A program made the position numbers and the translations under genes. Positions 26,933-27,872 of a DNA stretch of 27,872 nt are shown piece after piece (positions within the stretch are counted from its first letter, which is position 1; the number at the start of each line of letters is the position of its first letter). The DNA comes from an uncultured Thermoplasmata archaeon (GTDB taxonomy: Archaea; Thermoplasmatota; Thermoplasmata; Halarchaeoplasmatales; Halarchaeoplasmataceae): positions 1 through 27,872 of the forward strand of contig CAYNQI010000013.1 of assembly GCA_964399335.1 (NCBI GenBank). Direction: 5' to 3'. Under the pieces are notes generated by a model. It was not told the DNA's origin and did no database searches. It saw only the letters and a program-made list of their open reading frames with translations.

Positions 26933-27872
26933 ATGAAGATCGACGAATTGGACATCACTGAAGATGCAAAAAAAATAATCAAAGCAGATGGTATCGAGGA
27001 ACTATATCCACCCCAAGCCGATGGTATCGAAGATGTTATATCAGGGAAGAGCTGCGTTTTTGCACTTCCAACAGCTTCTGGTAAATCACTTTTAGCTTAC
27101 GTTTCTATTATCAAAAGGGTCATAGAGGAAGGGGGAAAAGCACTATATATAGTTCCGTTAAGGGCCCTAGCTTCAGAAAAAGTGGAGGACCTTAAAAAGT
27201 TCGAGGAATTGGGTATACAAGTAGACGTATCGATGGGTGATTACGATAATCCGGACCCATCTTTAAAGTACTCGGATGTGATCGTAGCTACATCTGAAAA
27301 AGCCGACTCTCTTCTTAGGCAGAACGTGGACTGGTTAACCGAGATCAATGCTGTTATAGCCGATGAGGTTCACTTGGTAAACGATAGAGAGAGGGGCTCA
27401 ACATTGGAAGTAACACTTTCCAAACTCAAGCAGGTCAACCCGGAAGCTCAGATAGTTGCCTTATCAGCTACTATACGTAACTCGGAGGATATCGCAAACT
27501 GGTTAGATGGTGAACATCATAAGAGCGAATGGAGGCCCGTTGAACTCAGGCTCGGTGTGTTTTATGAAGGTATCATCAATTTCGAAGATGGTGAAACGTT
27601 CCGTACCGAAGATACTGATCCCGTTCCCGCTTTGACATTACCGATCATCGAACAGGGAGGTCAATGTCTAGTATTCGTAGGGACTAGAAGGTCAACGGAA
27701 GCGGTAAGTGAGCAGATGTCTAGGTCCGTATCAAAGTATTTAAGTGAAGACGAGGAAGAACGATTGGAACATATAGCAGACGAGATCAAAGAGAATAGCA
27801 GTACGTCCATGGGTAAGCGGTTGGCAAGTGATATGAGAAACGGAACGGCCTTCCATCATGCTGGACTGAATA
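26933..27872 (+). CDS. hel308: Ski2-like ATP-dependent DNA helicase Hel308 (partial, runs off right edge)
   Basis: MKIDELD...LYPPQ, PTASGKS, PLRALA, ATSEKADS, DEVH, LSAT and terminal AFHHAGL; absent from the ORF track because there is no stop in the window. Confidence 0.93.
   Translation, partial: MKIDELDITEDAKKIIKADGIEELYPPQADGIEDVISGKSCVFALPTASGKSLLAYVSIIKRVIEEGGKALYIVPLRALASEKVEDLKKFEELGIQVDVSMGDYDNPDPSLKYSDVIVATSEKADSLLRQNVDWLTEINAVIADEVHLVNDRERGSTLEVTLSKLKQVNPEAQIVALSATIRNSEDIANWLDGEHHKSEWRPVELRLGVFYEGIINFEDGETFRTEDTDPVPALTLPIIEQGGQCLVFVGTRRSTEAVSEQMSRSVSKYLSEDEEERLEHIADEIKENSSTSMGKRLASDMRNGTAFHHAGLN

Noticed and set aside
20669-26953. ThiL and Hel308 both begin MKIDEL
   Set aside because: Each fits its own family's usual N-terminus; similarity stops after six codons.
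1-27872. CRISPR array, rRNA or prophage
   Set aside because: No regularly spaced repeats, rRNA-like sequence or viral hallmark genes were seen.

Overview
This is an archaeal chromosomal window. The inferred lineage is Thermoplasmatota-like and possibly halophilic, based on EF-1alpha, TFB, Tes, acidic proteins and a stand-alone tRNA-Ala(UGC). It carries about 30 mostly housekeeping genes: kptA, Lsm, an ABC exporter, a tightly coupled tes-ferredoxin-GGR ether-lipid operon divergent from a TrmB-family regulator, cutA, SRAP, tfb, RecJ/Cdc45-like DHH, two TPR proteins, a membrane-anchored subtilase, thiE-thiL, tuf-rpsJ-tRNA-Ala, PGI/PMI, a PUA protein and a truncated Hel308. Features not shown in the ORF track: (1) a frameshifted DUF2085-like membrane-protein gene coupled to GGR as a fourth gene of the lipid operon; (2) a 332-bp transposase-less IS200/IS605-family element with both ends intact, its own TATA box and an omegaRNA-like region, inserted just before the subtilase stop codon; (3) a mirror-image set of direct and inverted copies of the tRNA-Ala ends, with hairpins, flanking that tRNA; (4) edge fragments of a probable HMG-CoA reductase and of Hel308. 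No CRISPR array or rRNA was seen. Family assignments come from motif recognition only; no searches were run.
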